Of a DNA stretch of 44,055 nucleotides, positions 27,325 to 36,623 are shown one piece after another; the stretch's first letter is position 1, and each line of letters starts with the position of its first letter. Under the pieces are notes generated by a model. That model did no database searches. It was given only the letters and a program-made list of their open reading frames with translations, and was not told the origin of the DNA. Source of the stretch: a virus (Duplodnaviria; Heunggongvirae; Uroviricota; Caudoviricetes); IMG/VR virus record IMGVR_UViG_2778261667_000008, positions 1 through 44,055 of that record; one strand, given 5' to 3'. The position numbers and the translations under genes are program-made.

Positions 27325-27955
27325 AGCCTGCTTCTCCTTGCCTTCCGGCGCGTAAGAGGCTAACCTACATGTGCAAAGCATGAAATTGGCCTCAGATTAA
27401 TGTTAAGCGTCTTGCCGGACGCGTAATGTTATCTGGGGCTTTTCTCTATCTGCCGTTGGTGTTCATGCCCGAGGCAGATAGCCTCAAGCACCCGCAGCAA
27501 TTCTACTTAACCCCCGTCACCTCGCCAATATAAAATCAATCAGAAAGGCGATCCATAAGAACAACAGCAAGACAATAAATTGCCATTACAGCCGCAATAG
27601 CTAGCGCACATTTGAGAACCAGCACGACAACCTCCTGTATTGGGCGTACACCAGTCCTGATAAATATGAGGATGTCTCGTCAGTGATTCAATGCAACTAT
27701 TGGGTATAGTTTCTGTGATTTTGTTCTGTAGAAATGGAACACAACAACCAGTCACCATCCGCTCTTCTTTAAATGCGCTAAGTCAGACACAAGCCAACAT
27801 TTTAGTTGGCTTTGAGCGTTCTGGAGATGCGACATTGCTAACAGCCTTTTGAATGAACTAATCGGGGGCTAGTCATAACGGGCATAGCAGTCTCCAAGTA
27901 AGCAAGACTTTGCCATACAGAATGGAGCTAAGTTATTCATCAAATCTCCTTAAAT

Positions 27956-28933
27956 TCATAAAGTTAAATGCGGCCCTAAATACGCCACATATATCCGCTG
28001 ATTTACTGCGTCAGCATAAAAATGTAGGCGGTAACCGTCAGGTAGTTTTACATGATTCTCGCAATAGACCTGCCGTCCATCATCTAACCAAAATATGCGC
28101 TCTTTCTTCTTTTTGGGGGCATTATTTACACTGTCCGATTCACCGCTAACTTCAGCAGCCAAACCCAAATCTCTTAAATATTCATGACGGTACTCTACAT
28201 ACTCACCTGAACGCCATTTCTCACTAAACGATTCCAACACATTTAGCGCATCTCGTGCCTTGAACAAGACATTTTGCCTAGCAGACCAACCTTGTAGACT
28301 TGTACCTATTTGATTTGACAACAAAGTGAGATGAGGAAACAAATCTGCTCTTTTCAGCCAGATATCCTTAGCAGTACTTAACAACGTATTACGATGTTGT
28401 TTGAGTTCATCTCCATGCACATCCAAGCTCGCAGAATTACTCAGATTTAAAATCGTTTCATCCCTTTGTTCTGGTATTGCATCAAGCTCGAAAACCCATA
28501 CTTTAAAATGGCTATTTGTCCAAGTAGCTAAAGCCGTAAAACTAGCAAGAAAAGTTTTAAAATAAAACGCTGCTAATAGCACCGCTTTACCTGTATCTTC
28601 CCCTGGCAAGCCAACTTCTAATACATCACCTAAAGTTTCAATATCCACGGTTTCAAAGAGAGGCTGTTTCGTTTCAAGAGACTTTAGAAATCGACACCAA
28701 TCCGCAAGTTCTGCAACTTTGCTCGCAGAGGCAAGCCAATTGCGCACAAAATATCCGTTAGCCAGCTCCAATCCCATTAGCGACTTGTCTTGATCTTCAT
28801 CGATGAGCAAAATTTTCAGCCCAGCAGTTCGGCAGACCTTAAGAACAGTAAAGAAAGCCAATAGTCCTTCATCTGCATCCTCTTTGCTAGCAAATGGCAA
28901 AGAATGATGGTTCAACACAATTCCATTACTCAT
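27956..28933 (-). CDS. Hypothetical 325-aa protein, third gene of the DUF262/ATPase operon
   Basis: ATG overlaps the stop of the upstream ATPase gene (ATGA); AT-rich; no domain recognised by eye. Confidence 0.7.
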   Translation of the reverse strand: MSNGIVLNHHSLPFASKEDADEGLLAFFTVLKVCRTAGLKILLIDEDQDKSLMGLELANGYFVRNWLASASKVAELADWCRFLKSLETKQPLFETVDIETLGDVLEVGLPGEDTGKAVLLAAFYFKTFLASFTALATWTNSHFKVWVFELDAIPEQRDETILNLSNSASLDVHGDELKQHRNTLLSTAKDIWLKRADLFPHLTLLSNQIGTSLQGWSARQNVLFKARDALNVLESFSEKWRSGEYVEYRHEYLRDLGLAAEVSGESDSVNNAPKKKKERIFWLDDGRQVYCENHVKLPDGYRLHFYADAVNQRIYVAYLGPHLTL

Positions 28934-30039
28934 AACAGATGATCCAACTCCTTATCCCATTGGTCAAAGAAGCCTTCCGGCCAACAGTCTATTCGTCCCT
29001 CATCATCAATATTGGGGTACATGACTTCTGAGGCGTGAATGGAGTTATGAACATCTCGCTGTAAGAAAAAGACTTTGACATCGTCAGCTGCAACCACTTT
29101 CTGCTTCACCGCAACCCGTATACCGTTGAGAAAATGATCAGAATGAGATTCAACGATTAATTGCACGCCATTATTCGCAGCAATGGAGCACAATTTACCC
29201 ATCAAGGATTGCCCAGCGGGATGCAAGTGTGATTCTGGGTTTTCAATAATCAGCAAATCACCTTTTGCCGCACTTAGTATACTGGTTACGACAGGTAACA
29301 CATAACTTAATCCAAACCCCACATTCTGTGGTTTAAAGTCTTCGGTGGTGTCTTTCCCTTGGTTAAAAGAGTAACTAAGACTCACCGAATTAAACTGAGG
29401 CTGCGCTACTGCTTTAATTTTTAACCCTGGCGTAATATCCGACATCCATGCTTCAATATTAGAAAGCAAAGTCCCTGAAACAGCCTTTTGATGGCGTAAC
29501 GCTTCTATTTCCAGGTCTTTAGCGCCATTAACCGCGATAAAATGAACTGCAAATTCGCCATGATGACCAAGTGATTTTAAATCACGGATATGAAACTCAG
29601 ACAACTGGTGATGGCTTTGTGGGCCTAACCTATCGGCACATAAATACTGAAAATTAGAGTTAAATAAGCTTAATAATTCTGAATCACCGTCAATACCAGA
29701 TTTACGCAGCGGCAGCAGATCTGAGTCATGTTGATAATCAAACTCAAACCGTGTTGGCTGTTCTTTCTCGAGCCATTTAATGGTAAAAATAATCTCTTCT
29801 TGTTCACTAAAACTAGAGAGCGCGTCTTTACCCGTACCGATATTGACATAATCACCATTTAACAGCAAACCCTTAGTTTTAAGGGTATTGCGTTCATAAG
29901 ACTGCCTTAAAAGCAATAAACTTTGCACAAGCGTTGATTTTCCCATGCCATTAAGGCCTGAGAACAGATTCAGATTACCCAGTGGAAAACTGGCATTTAA
30001 CAAGGTTTTAAAGTTTTGAATATTAATAAACTCAATCAT
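28930..30039 (-). CDS. AAA_21/ABC-type ATPase (OLD/AriA/PtuA-like ATPase architecture, no nuclease domain evident)
   Basis: Walker A GLNGMGKST near the N-terminus; LLIIENPESHLHP (DEPExxLHP-type Walker B/D-loop signature); C-terminal ...CWPEGFFDQW; start overlaps the upstream gene's stop by 8 nt. Confidence 0.8.
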   Translation of the reverse strand: MIEFINIQNFKTLLNASFPLGNLNLFSGLNGMGKSTLVQSLLLLRQSYERNTLKTKGLLLNGDYVNIGTGKDALSSFSEQEEIIFTIKWLEKEQPTRFEFDYQHDSDLLPLRKSGIDGDSELLSLFNSNFQYLCADRLGPQSHHQLSEFHIRDLKSLGHHGEFAVHFIAVNGAKDLEIEALRHQKAVSGTLLSNIEAWMSDITPGLKIKAVAQPQFNSVSLSYSFNQGKDTTEDFKPQNVGFGLSYVLPVVTSILSAAKGDLLIIENPESHLHPAGQSLMGKLCSIAANNGVQLIVESHSDHFLNGIRVAVKQKVVAADDVKVFFLQRDVHNSIHASEVMYPNIDDEGRIDCWPEGFFDQWDKELDHLL

Positions 30040-31159
30040 TAAGCATCTCTTTAATCAAAGCATTGACTTTTTCATACCGTATTTCCACATGCTCTTTTCG
30101 CTGAGTGGAGTAGCTAATAACATTAATAAATTCAGCATCTTCCAATAACGTCTGCACCTTTTTTTGAAACTTTTTTTGATTATAAACCAAGCGGTTAAAC
30201 TCGTTTTCAGTTAATTTCACCAACATAACCATCCAGACTTCAAATAGTGTTGCATTTTTTGACCGTCTTCTTGATGCAGGGTTTTTTTCAAAACCCTTTT
30301 CTCCTAACAGTTGGTAACAGCGCTCTATTGCAGTTGAATACTTAGCTTTAAACTCTGCACGGTAGGCATCATCACCTTTTTTGATATCTTCCATGGCTTT
30401 ATCTAAAAACGAAGAAATTTCTTTTTTGTTTTTAGGGTCTAAATAATCAAAGCGATAGAACGCCCAGAATCGCAATACCAGTTCCTGATCCTTCATACGT
30501 TTGGAAAGGTCACCTAGCATGGCTTTCGAGCATGCTGAATTGGCTAACTCTTCGAGCAATTCTCTGTCTCTTGGCTTAGCGAGCGCATTACGGATCTCTT
30601 GATTATTTAGAGTTAAGCCACCTGTATTGATCCGGCGAAACACCGAATACTTAACGTCCTCAGGCGTACCCGGCTTAATCATGTACACAGTAACAGGACA
30701 TTCTTCAATACGGCGTTGATATTGACGATGTAATTTATCGAAGGTTTTACCATTAAGGTCTGTTAAGAACTCCAGTCCATTGAGACGAAGCTTTTTATCT
30801 AACACAAACTTGCGAATCGTAGATAACCGCTGCAAGCCATCCACAATTAGCCAATTATTTTCATCGGACGCATCGAAGTAGAAAGCAGGTAATGGGAACC
30901 GAATCAAAATTGATTCGATTAATCGGCTCATCTTGCGGTTATCCCATAACTCCGCATGGCGCTGAAAATCGGTATTCATGTCGATCTCATTGTGCTGAAT
31001 TCGCTTAATCAAGGCATCCAACGACTTCGGTTCAACGACGATATCAATATCAGTCGGGTTGAACGGGTGCATCACCTCATCAAGCAGTTCCGGCTCTTCC
31101 TCTTCCGCACCTGGCGCAACCAACTCTTCATCAAGCTCGGTTTCTTGATAATCAACCAT
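30032..31159 (-). CDS. DUF262-like (ParB/Srx-fold, GmrSD N-domain-like) protein
   Basis: 375 aa; FQR...W...IVDGLQRLSTI matches the DGQQR signature region of DUF262; acidic N-terminal tail; ATG at 31159 with AAGGGGAAG SD. Confidence 0.7.
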   Translation of the reverse strand: MVDYQETELDEELVAPGAEEEEPELLDEVMHPFNPTDIDIVVEPKSLDALIKRIQHNEIDMNTDFQRHAELWDNRKMSRLIESILIRFPLPAFYFDASDENNWLIVDGLQRLSTIRKFVLDKKLRLNGLEFLTDLNGKTFDKLHRQYQRRIEECPVTVYMIKPGTPEDVKYSVFRRINTGGLTLNNQEIRNALAKPRDRELLEELANSACSKAMLGDLSKRMKDQELVLRFWAFYRFDYLDPKNKKEISSFLDKAMEDIKKGDDAYRAEFKAKYSTAIERCYQLLGEKGFEKNPASRRRSKNATLFEVWMVMLVKLTENEFNRLVYNQKKFQKKVQTLLEDAEFINVISYSTQRKEHVEIRYEKVNALIKEMLND

Positions 31160-31342
31160 GTTCTTCCCCTTTTATTAATCGTGTCTTACCTGTAAGCAAC
31201 TCTTGTATCATACCTTGTTTGATTTGGCGGATTCTACCTAGCGGCTACCGCTTTTGGCACAAAACAGACAATCACGCTAGCTCTGCTCTGTCCGTGCCAT
31301 GAAAATGGCAATTTATATCTGAGCTAATGCTCTTTAATCTCG

Positions 31343-31765
31343 TCACTTCAATAAATACCGAACATCTCCCTGATAAAACGACAATATGCGCTGCATAACT
31401 TCGCTTTTACGGCACTCGCGACAGATTATGTTCAGACGCCTGTCGTAGCGGCGTATTTCTCCGTCTGGTAATGACCAGATAAGGTCCGGATCAACCACAG
31501 ATGGTTTCTTCACCTTTGCCCTAGATAGTTTTTTGCGGGCATTTTGCCAGTCCTTACGAGCCTGTTCAGACGGGAATAACCCGTAACCAGAGTTGTATAC
31601 ATCGCCACTGGCAACCAGCTCTCTGGCGAGAACGCTCATCAGATATCTTGTCGCACCTGTCTTGGCTTCCAGTTGCCGTAACGTCTCGCGCCCACTCCGG
31701 CGTACTAGTTCAACAACCTGCCCTTTAATTTTTTCCCGCTCTTCTTGTGTAAATACTTTTGCCAT
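31343..31765 (-). CDS. Hypothetical protein (YdaW-position)
   Basis: Track start at 31780 is TTG; first ATG at 31765 (MAKVFTQEEREKIKG...) with GGAGG SD; Cys pair CRECRK near the C-terminus. Confidence 0.5.
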   Translation of the reverse strand: MAKVFTQEEREKIKGQVVELVRRSGRETLRQLEAKTGATRYLMSVLARELVASGDVYNSGYGLFPSEQARKDWQNARKKLSRAKVKKPSVVDPDLIWSLPDGEIRRYDRRLNIICRECRKSEVMQRILSFYQGDVRYLLK

Positions 31766-31780
31766 AAGCGCCTCCGGCAA

Positions 31781-32542
31781 TCACTTTTCCGATACAACAC
31801 GGCGGGAAGAATCAGTAATCTGTCGAACAATATCCCGGTGCTTGTTCAGCTCCCGCAGCGCGGCGCAGACTCGCTCCCACTTCTGGACATGATTTTTCGC
31901 CCGACGCAGTTCACGGTTTGCCATATGCAGCGATGGTAAAATCAGGTTATCCGCTTGCGTTTCAGTAAACGATGGCAACGACTGCACAATGTCCGCCACA
32001 GTTTCTGTTTTAATATCTTCCTGTGTTGCAGCTTCCTGTACTGGTAACGCAACACCGGCTAGCTGAGGAAAGGCTTTACCATCTGTTTCCGCTACCGATG
32101 CAGCTTTCGGCTCTGCTGGTAAATTACCGCCCGGCATGCAGTAACGAAATTTACCGTTCTGATTAACGCGAATCAGACGAGCTTTGCTGATTGCCATTGC
32201 CAGCGTTGAAGCCACTTTGCGGGATGTGGTACCGAACAACGTAGCCAGTTCATCCGCAGTTAGTGGACCACGTTGTTCAATCGTCGCAGTTAAATCGCTC
32301 TCTGAAATTTTCGCGACTGTTGCCGTGGTAGTTTCTTCCGGCAGTTCTGCCGGCGCTGGCTGTTCCTGCTGAGCGTTGTTATCAGCCACACGCCAGGTGT
32401 ACGCGCTTTTATCAACGAAACCAGCCTTTTTCAGTTCCCATAGTTCGTTCAGCACTTCTTCACGGCTGATATCAAGTCGCGCAGCAAGTTCTATGGATGT
32501 GGCTTTTCCCATTGCTTTCAGTGCGTCAAAAACAGTCTCCAT
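31781..32542 (-). CDS. Hypothetical protein with N-terminal winged-helix-like segment
   Basis: Track start at 32575 is TTG; ATG at 32542 ([30 protein letters not shown]...) with GGGAGA SD; downstream of ydaV. Confidence 0.5.
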   Translation of the reverse strand: METVFDALKAMGKATSIELAARLDISREEVLNELWELKKAGFVDKSAYTWRVADNNAQQEQPAPAELPEETTTATVAKISESDLTATIEQRGPLTADELATLFGTTSRKVASTLAMAISKARLIRVNQNGKFRYCMPGGNLPAEPKAASVAETDGKAFPQLAGVALPVQEAATQEDIKTETVADIVQSLPSFTETQADNLILPSLHMANRELRRAKNHVQKWERVCAALRELNKHRDIVRQITDSSRRVVSEK

Positions 32543-32564
32543 TAAATTTTTCTCCCGGTAAAAA

Positions 32565-33311
32565 TTACTTCGCAATTCCTAGCTGGACGACATTCGGACG
32601 CCAGCTCTCCCAGTTAAAATTCACCCATCGCCCGCCGTTCATGGTCATGCGATCCATAATCCTCTCGCCGAGCAATGTTTTCATGGCCTCATAATTCAGG
32701 TTTGTCAGCATCCCCACGCTGCGCATCGACGCTGTCCGGCGATCAACAATCTGGTGCAGCACCACCTGCTCGTTTTTTGTCTCGCGCTGAATGCCAATTT
32801 CATCAAGAACCAGCAGATCCACTTGGCACAGTTCCCGCAAAAATTTTTCGCCTGATTGCCCGTCGTCATAGCTGGCGTGTAGGGCACTCATGACATCAGC
32901 CACGGTAACCACAATCACTGTCTGGCCATCTTTCAGCAGGCGATTCCCGATAGCCGCCGCCAGATGGTTTTTTCCGGTACCAGGTTTTCCGCTGAACGCA
33001 AAATTTGTACACCCGGTCATCAGTTCATCAGCGATGGATTTCGCCTGACTCAACGCGTATCGCTGCCCTTCGTTCTGCACCTGGTAATTCGAAAACGAGC
33101 ATTTGCGGTGCAATGGCTGGATGCCAGAGCGATTCAGAATTTTTTCCACCCGCAACTGACGATTCTGACGGTTGATCTCCTCACAACGTTTCTGGCCTTC
33201 GGAAAGTTGCCACTCGCGCCACTCCGCTACCGTCTTGAATGGCGCGGTTACATGTGACGGGGCCAGTCTGCGGATACGTTCAAGAACATCGCCTGTCGCA
33301 ACATTTTTCAT
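32565..33311 (-). CDS. ydaV: DnaC/IstB-like replication ATPase
   Basis: Walker [16 protein letters not shown], Walker B LLVLDEIG; follows ydaU as in Rac. Confidence 0.85.
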   Translation of the reverse strand: MKNVATGDVLERIRRLAPSHVTAPFKTVAEWREWQLSEGQKRCEEINRQNRQLRVEKILNRSGIQPLHRKCSFSNYQVQNEGQRYALSQAKSIADELMTGCTNFAFSGKPGTGKNHLAAAIGNRLLKDGQTVIVVTVADVMSALHASYDDGQSGEKFLRELCQVDLLVLDEIGIQRETKNEQVVLHQIVDRRTASMRSVGMLTNLNYEAMKTLLGERIMDRMTMNGGRWVNFNWESWRPNVVQLGIAK

Positions 33312-33317
33312 GGTCAG

Positions 33318-34175
33318 TTACCCCCTGAAGCCTGGCGGGATCGCACTATCCGGTAACGAGACGGTGTTAACCTGTCGGAGTAACGTCTCAGGTCGAACAC
33401 CTTTCGGCGCGAACAAGCCCTGGTATTCATTGGCGATGCTGTGTCGAATCACCTGCTCAGGTGAAAAACCCTGCTGGCGGAATTTTTCCAGCTCCCGTAT
33501 CGCCCCGTTAGCGCCCTGCTCCGTTCGAATCGGTTTTCGCAATGCCTGGCGAAATTCAACCCACTCACGCCAAAGCGAGACAGAAATCCAGTTCGGCAAA
33601 GCAATATCCAGAGGGTCAAACTTTTTGACACCTCGATTCCCCCGGGGGGGATTTAGGGGGGGATCTGTTTTTAGATCTTTATCTGTATCTTTATTAGTTG
33701 CCTTTGTGTTGACATCATGTTCAAACACCACTTCAACATCTGTTTGAACACCTGTTAAATTTCTCTCTTGTTTTGTTTGAACATCTGCTTCCTTTCTGCT
33801 TCTTCTGGCCTGAACAGATGCTTTTCCTGCGGCTGATTTTTTGGTTAATTTTTCCCTGACTGATGCCAGATCTTCCTCAATCCGAAGATGCACCCATTCC
33901 TCGCCGTTATCGCAAAAAAACTCCTGCAAGGATGGTTCAACATCAGCCCATCGCTCGTTAGTCAGACGGGCAATTTTTGCCAGCCTGTTTTTAGGTATTG
34001 GCTTTCCTGTTTGCCAGTAATTGAACATCAGCAACAAATACGCACCATGCTCCTCTGCTGACAAATGCATGGTGTCAGCCAGGTAATCAGCTATGTACAG
34101 TTGCATGTATGGTAATGCGGCCATAATTGCCCCGTATGATGCTGCCCGGTGGCTTAGAATAAGCACAAACAGCAT
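33318..34175 (-). CDS. ydaU: Replication initiation protein (O-like, YdaU family)
   Basis: 285 aa, paired with DnaC-like ydaV; true start may be the internal ATG near 34124 (MAALPYMQLYIADY...). Confidence 0.7.
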   Translation of the reverse strand: MLFVLILSHRAASYGAIMAALPYMQLYIADYLADTMHLSAEEHGAYLLLMFNYWQTGKPIPKNRLAKIARLTNERWADVEPSLQEFFCDNGEEWVHLRIEEDLASVREKLTKKSAAGKASVQARRSRKEADVQTKQERNLTGVQTDVEVVFEHDVNTKATNKDTDKDLKTDPPLNPPRGNRGVKKFDPLDIALPNWISVSLWREWVEFRQALRKPIRTEQGANGAIRELEKFRQQGFSPEQVIRHSIANEYQGLFAPKGVRPETLLRQVNTVSLPDSAIPPGFRG

Positions 34176-34187
34176 GGAAACTTTTGC

Positions 34188-34610
34188 TTAATGAACAATG
34201 ACAGAATCGTCGGAAGAACCGCCGCCGCTGAAATGCGCTTTCCGGTAAACGGCTTGGACTGCATCATCATGCGCATCAATTGCCGTACTTAACGCTTCCT
34301 GCGCCGCCAGTAATGCACGGCGTTCCAGGGTATCGAAGATGCAGAGTCGGTGACGCAGCTCGCGCGGAAGGATTGCCAGAATTGCTGGGATCAGCTTCTG
34401 AATTTTTTCTCTTTGCGTTTTCGTTTCACCTTTCAACCAACGGTGATAGATATTCTGCTGATTGTTCCAGTCCTTGCCTGGAACCAGGGGCAATTCGCCG
34501 CCCCCCTGGCGCAGATATTCTTCAGTAATTGCATTGGCTACCCATGCCTGCCCTTTTTCGGCTGCTAGGGCAAACAACACTGATTCGATGTGCTCATGCT
34601 TGATTTTCAT
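34188..34610 (-). CDS. ydaT: YdaT (cI-repressed early protein, toxic when derepressed)
   Basis: 140 aa, follows ydaS in the leftward early operon; matches my recollection of Rac YdaT. Confidence 0.75.
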   Translation of the reverse strand: MKIKHEHIESVLFALAAEKGQAWVANAITEEYLRQGGGELPLVPGKDWNNQQNIYHRWLKGETKTQREKIQKLIPAILAILPRELRHRLCIFDTLERRALLAAQEALSTAIDAHDDAVQAVYRKAHFSGGGSSDDSVIVH

Positions 34611-34632
34611 GAATCATTTGCCTCTTGATGTT

Positions 34633-34929
34633 TCAGGTATGATCAAATGAGGATTTGTTACTGTCATTTAGTTGCTTCACTGACATATTCTGCGAACAAC
34701 ATGCCGAACGTCGTAAATATGACCAGTCAATATCAGGACGAAGTTCTTCGCACAGAACCTCACCTCTTGTTGCACGTTCAATTGCTGGACATCTCTCGGC
34801 AGGCAATTGACGTACCCCTTTGATCCATTGATTTACGCTTGGAGGTGATACACCTAAAAGCCTAGCCATTGCTGATTGCCCACCGACAACAGCACAAGCT
34901 TGCTTGAATGAATAGTTCTCTTTTTTCAT
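34633..34929 (-). CDS. ydaS: Cro-like HTH regulator YdaS
   Basis: 98 aa with HTH (QACAVVGGQSAMARLLGVSPPSVNQWIKG); divergent from racR across an operator-containing intergenic region. Confidence 0.8.
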   Translation of the reverse strand: MKKENYSFKQACAVVGGQSAMARLLGVSPPSVNQWIKGVRQLPAERCPAIERATRGEVLCEELRPDIDWSYLRRSACCSQNMSVKQLNDSNKSSFDHT

Positions 34930-34958
34930 CGAATGAACTCCAAAAACACACAGAAATA

Positions 34959-35023
34959 TTAGGCGACGCCTAACGCAATTGTCAATAGGCTGTGCCTAAT
35001 GCGGTAAGGGTAGGGATTGCCTA
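34959..35023. promoter_or_regulatory. Operator cluster in the ydaS-racR divergent promoter region (three TAGGC-N3-GCCTA palindromes)
   Basis: TTAGGCGACGCCTAA at 34959..34973, TAGGCTGTGCCTA at 34986..34998, TAGGGATTGCCTA (one mismatch) at 35011..35023. Confidence 0.6.
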
Positions 35024-35052
35024 ATGTAATGCGCATAGGAGAATATTAAGCA

Positions 35053-35529
35053 ATGCTTAGTGGTAAAGACTTAGGCCGAGCGATAGAGCAGGCCATTAAC
35101 AAAAAAATCGCATCGGGATCCGTCAAATCAAAGGCGGAGGTCGCACGCCACTTCAAAGTCCAACCACCATCAATTTATGACTGGATTAAGAAAGGCTCTA
35201 TAAGTAAAGATAAACTTCCAGAATTATGGCGTTTCTTTTCTGATGTTGTTGGTCCAGAGCATTGGGGGCTTAACGAATACCCCATACCAACCCCCACCAA
35301 TTCAGATACAAAAAGTGAACTTTTAGATATAAACAACCTTTATCAAGCAGCCTCTGATGAAATAAGAGCGATTGTAGCTTTCCTGTTATCTGGAAATGCT
35401 ACAGAACCAGATTGGGTTGACCACGATGTTCGCGCCTATATAGCAGCGATGGAAATGAAAGTGGGTAAGTATCTGAAAGCTCTAGAATCTGAACGGAAAA
35501 GCCAGAACATCACAAAAACTGGAACTTAA
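35053..35529 (+). CDS. racR: Prophage repressor RacR (HTH)
   Basis: 158 aa; HTH near the N-terminus; divergent from the cro-like ydaS; sequence consistent with my recollection of K-12 RacR. Confidence 0.85.
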   Translation: MLSGKDLGRAIEQAINKKIASGSVKSKAEVARHFKVQPPSIYDWIKKGSISKDKLPELWRFFSDVVGPEHWGLNEYPIPTPTNSDTKSELLDINNLYQAASDEIRAIVAFLLSGNATEPDWVDHDVRAYIAAMEMKVGKYLKALESERKSQNITKTGT

Positions 35530-35626
35530 ACTTATATGGTCTGACGGAAAACTCCTGGATTCCGTTATTTAACCCCCCCATCACTTTCTGCTGTCGCCAT
35601 CACCTATTAGGTTACGCTCAAAACAT

Positions 35627-35664
35627 TAGGCATAGCCTATTGACAATCAATTAGGCATTACCTA
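35627..35664. promoter_or_regulatory. Second operator cluster downstream of racR (OL-like)
   Basis: TAGGCATAGCCTA at 35627..35639 and TAGGCATTACCTA (one mismatch) at 35652..35664, same 13-bp palindrome family as in the ydaS-racR region. Confidence 0.5.
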
Positions 35665-35837
35665 TAGTTCCAGCATACCACCCACCCCGCCCCACAGAAC
35701 GCCGGGCAATACTTCGAGTTACCAGGCAGTGGTAAGGGGTTAAGTAGCCAGCCCGAGGCGTATGAACATGACGGCGGGATTCAAATTTTGCAGTGCAGCA
35801 GTTAGTTCCGCCACCCGGCGTTAAGGGGAGAGATAAG

Positions 35838-35972
35838 ATGGTGCATTACGAAGTAGTTCAGTATTTGATGGATTGTTGCGGTATCACTTACAACCAGGCT
35901 GTGCAGGCTTTACGCAGCAACGACTGGGATCTCTGGCAGGCAGAAGTCGCTATACGTAGCAACAAGATGTGA
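35838..35972 (+). CDS. ydaG: Small early protein (44 aa)
   Basis: Below the ORF-track cutoff. ATG at 35838 with AAGGGGAGAG SD; hand translation MVHYEVVQYLMDCCGITYNQAVQALRSNDWDLWQAEVAIRSNKM; name assigned by synteny and length. Confidence 0.5.
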   Translation: MVHYEVVQYLMDCCGITYNQAVQALRSNDWDLWQAEVAIRSNKM

Positions 35973-35982
35973 GATTCGCAAA

Positions 35983-36138
35983 ATGCAAAAAATCGACCTC
36001 GGCAACAACGAATCCCTGGTGTGCGGCGTGTTCCCCAACCAGGATGGAACGTTCACTGCCATGACGTATACCAAAAGCAAAACATTTAAAACCGAAACTG
36101 GTGCGCGCCGATGGTTGGAGAAGCACACAGTAAGCTAA
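35983..36138 (+). CDS. ydaF: Small early protein (51 aa)
   Basis: Below the ORF-track cutoff. Hand translation MQKIDLGNNESLVCGVFPNQDGTFTAMTYTKSKTFKTETGARRWLEKHTVS; stop overlaps the sieB 3' end; name by synteny and length. Confidence 0.5.
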   Translation: MQKIDLGNNESLVCGVFPNQDGTFTAMTYTKSKTFKTETGARRWLEKHTVS

Positions 36139-36623
36139 CGATTAAAACGTCTACTCCTGCTGTTCCAGAATAACTTCATAAAATGGGAGTATTTTTCGGT
36201 GACGAGATAATAAGAACAGTTTGCGCTATCACTCTGATGTTGAATGATGCCCTTCCGTTCTAATTTTTTCATAACCGGGTTACGGCAAGGAGAAGTGATA
36301 ATAAGATTTCCTGTTTTAAGGAAATCTTTAAATACAGCGATTTCTTTCTCAGATAAACGAAGCAATACTCGTTGCTCTGGTAGTAATGAATAATGCTTTT
36401 GAATATGTGCTCGCAATCTTGAGAAGGAAATGGCGACCACGAAAGAAAAGGCAAAAACGATAATCTGAAAGAGCCAAGGTATTTCAGTATAAGCATTGAA
36501 TGCGACAGTAAACTCTTTCGGTATCAGCCAGAGAGTGAGACCAAAAATGATAATCGTATACATAAGTCTTTCGAGTGGCTCGTTAGCAAAAAGTTTCAAC
36601 AATGGAGTAAATACATCCAACAT
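36135..36623 (-). CDS. sieB: Superinfection exclusion protein B
   Basis: From the ATG at 36623 (MLDVFTPLLKLFANEPLERLMYTIIIFGLTLWLIP...) the sequence matches my recollection of Rac SieB; TM segments; the track ORF extends upstream to 36746. Confidence 0.8.
   Translation of the reverse strand: MLDVFTPLLKLFANEPLERLMYTIIIFGLTLWLIPKEFTVAFNAYTEIPWLFQIIVFAFSFVVAISFSRLRAHIQKHYSLLPEQRVLLRLSEKEIAVFKDFLKTGNLIITSPCRNPVMKKLERKGIIQHQSDSANCSYYLVTEKYSHFMKLFWNSRSRRFNR

Noticed and set aside
27540-27758. Cys-rich 72-aa minus-strand ORF between hok and the operon
   Set aside because: No SD; overlaps the predicted hok mRNA leader with its long inverted repeat; the composition looks like an accidental frame.
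28930-31159. Considered calling the AAA ATPase plus its partners a PARIS, Gabija or Septu system
   Set aside because: The ATPase is too short to include a TOPRIM domain, I see no HNH motif in the neighbours, and the DUF262-like first gene does not fit those systems. Without profile searches a named assignment would be a guess.
35910-36128. 72-aa minus-strand ORF
   Set aside because: Antisense to the two small plus-strand genes (ydaG/ydaF-like) that have good SDs and are syntenic with Rac.
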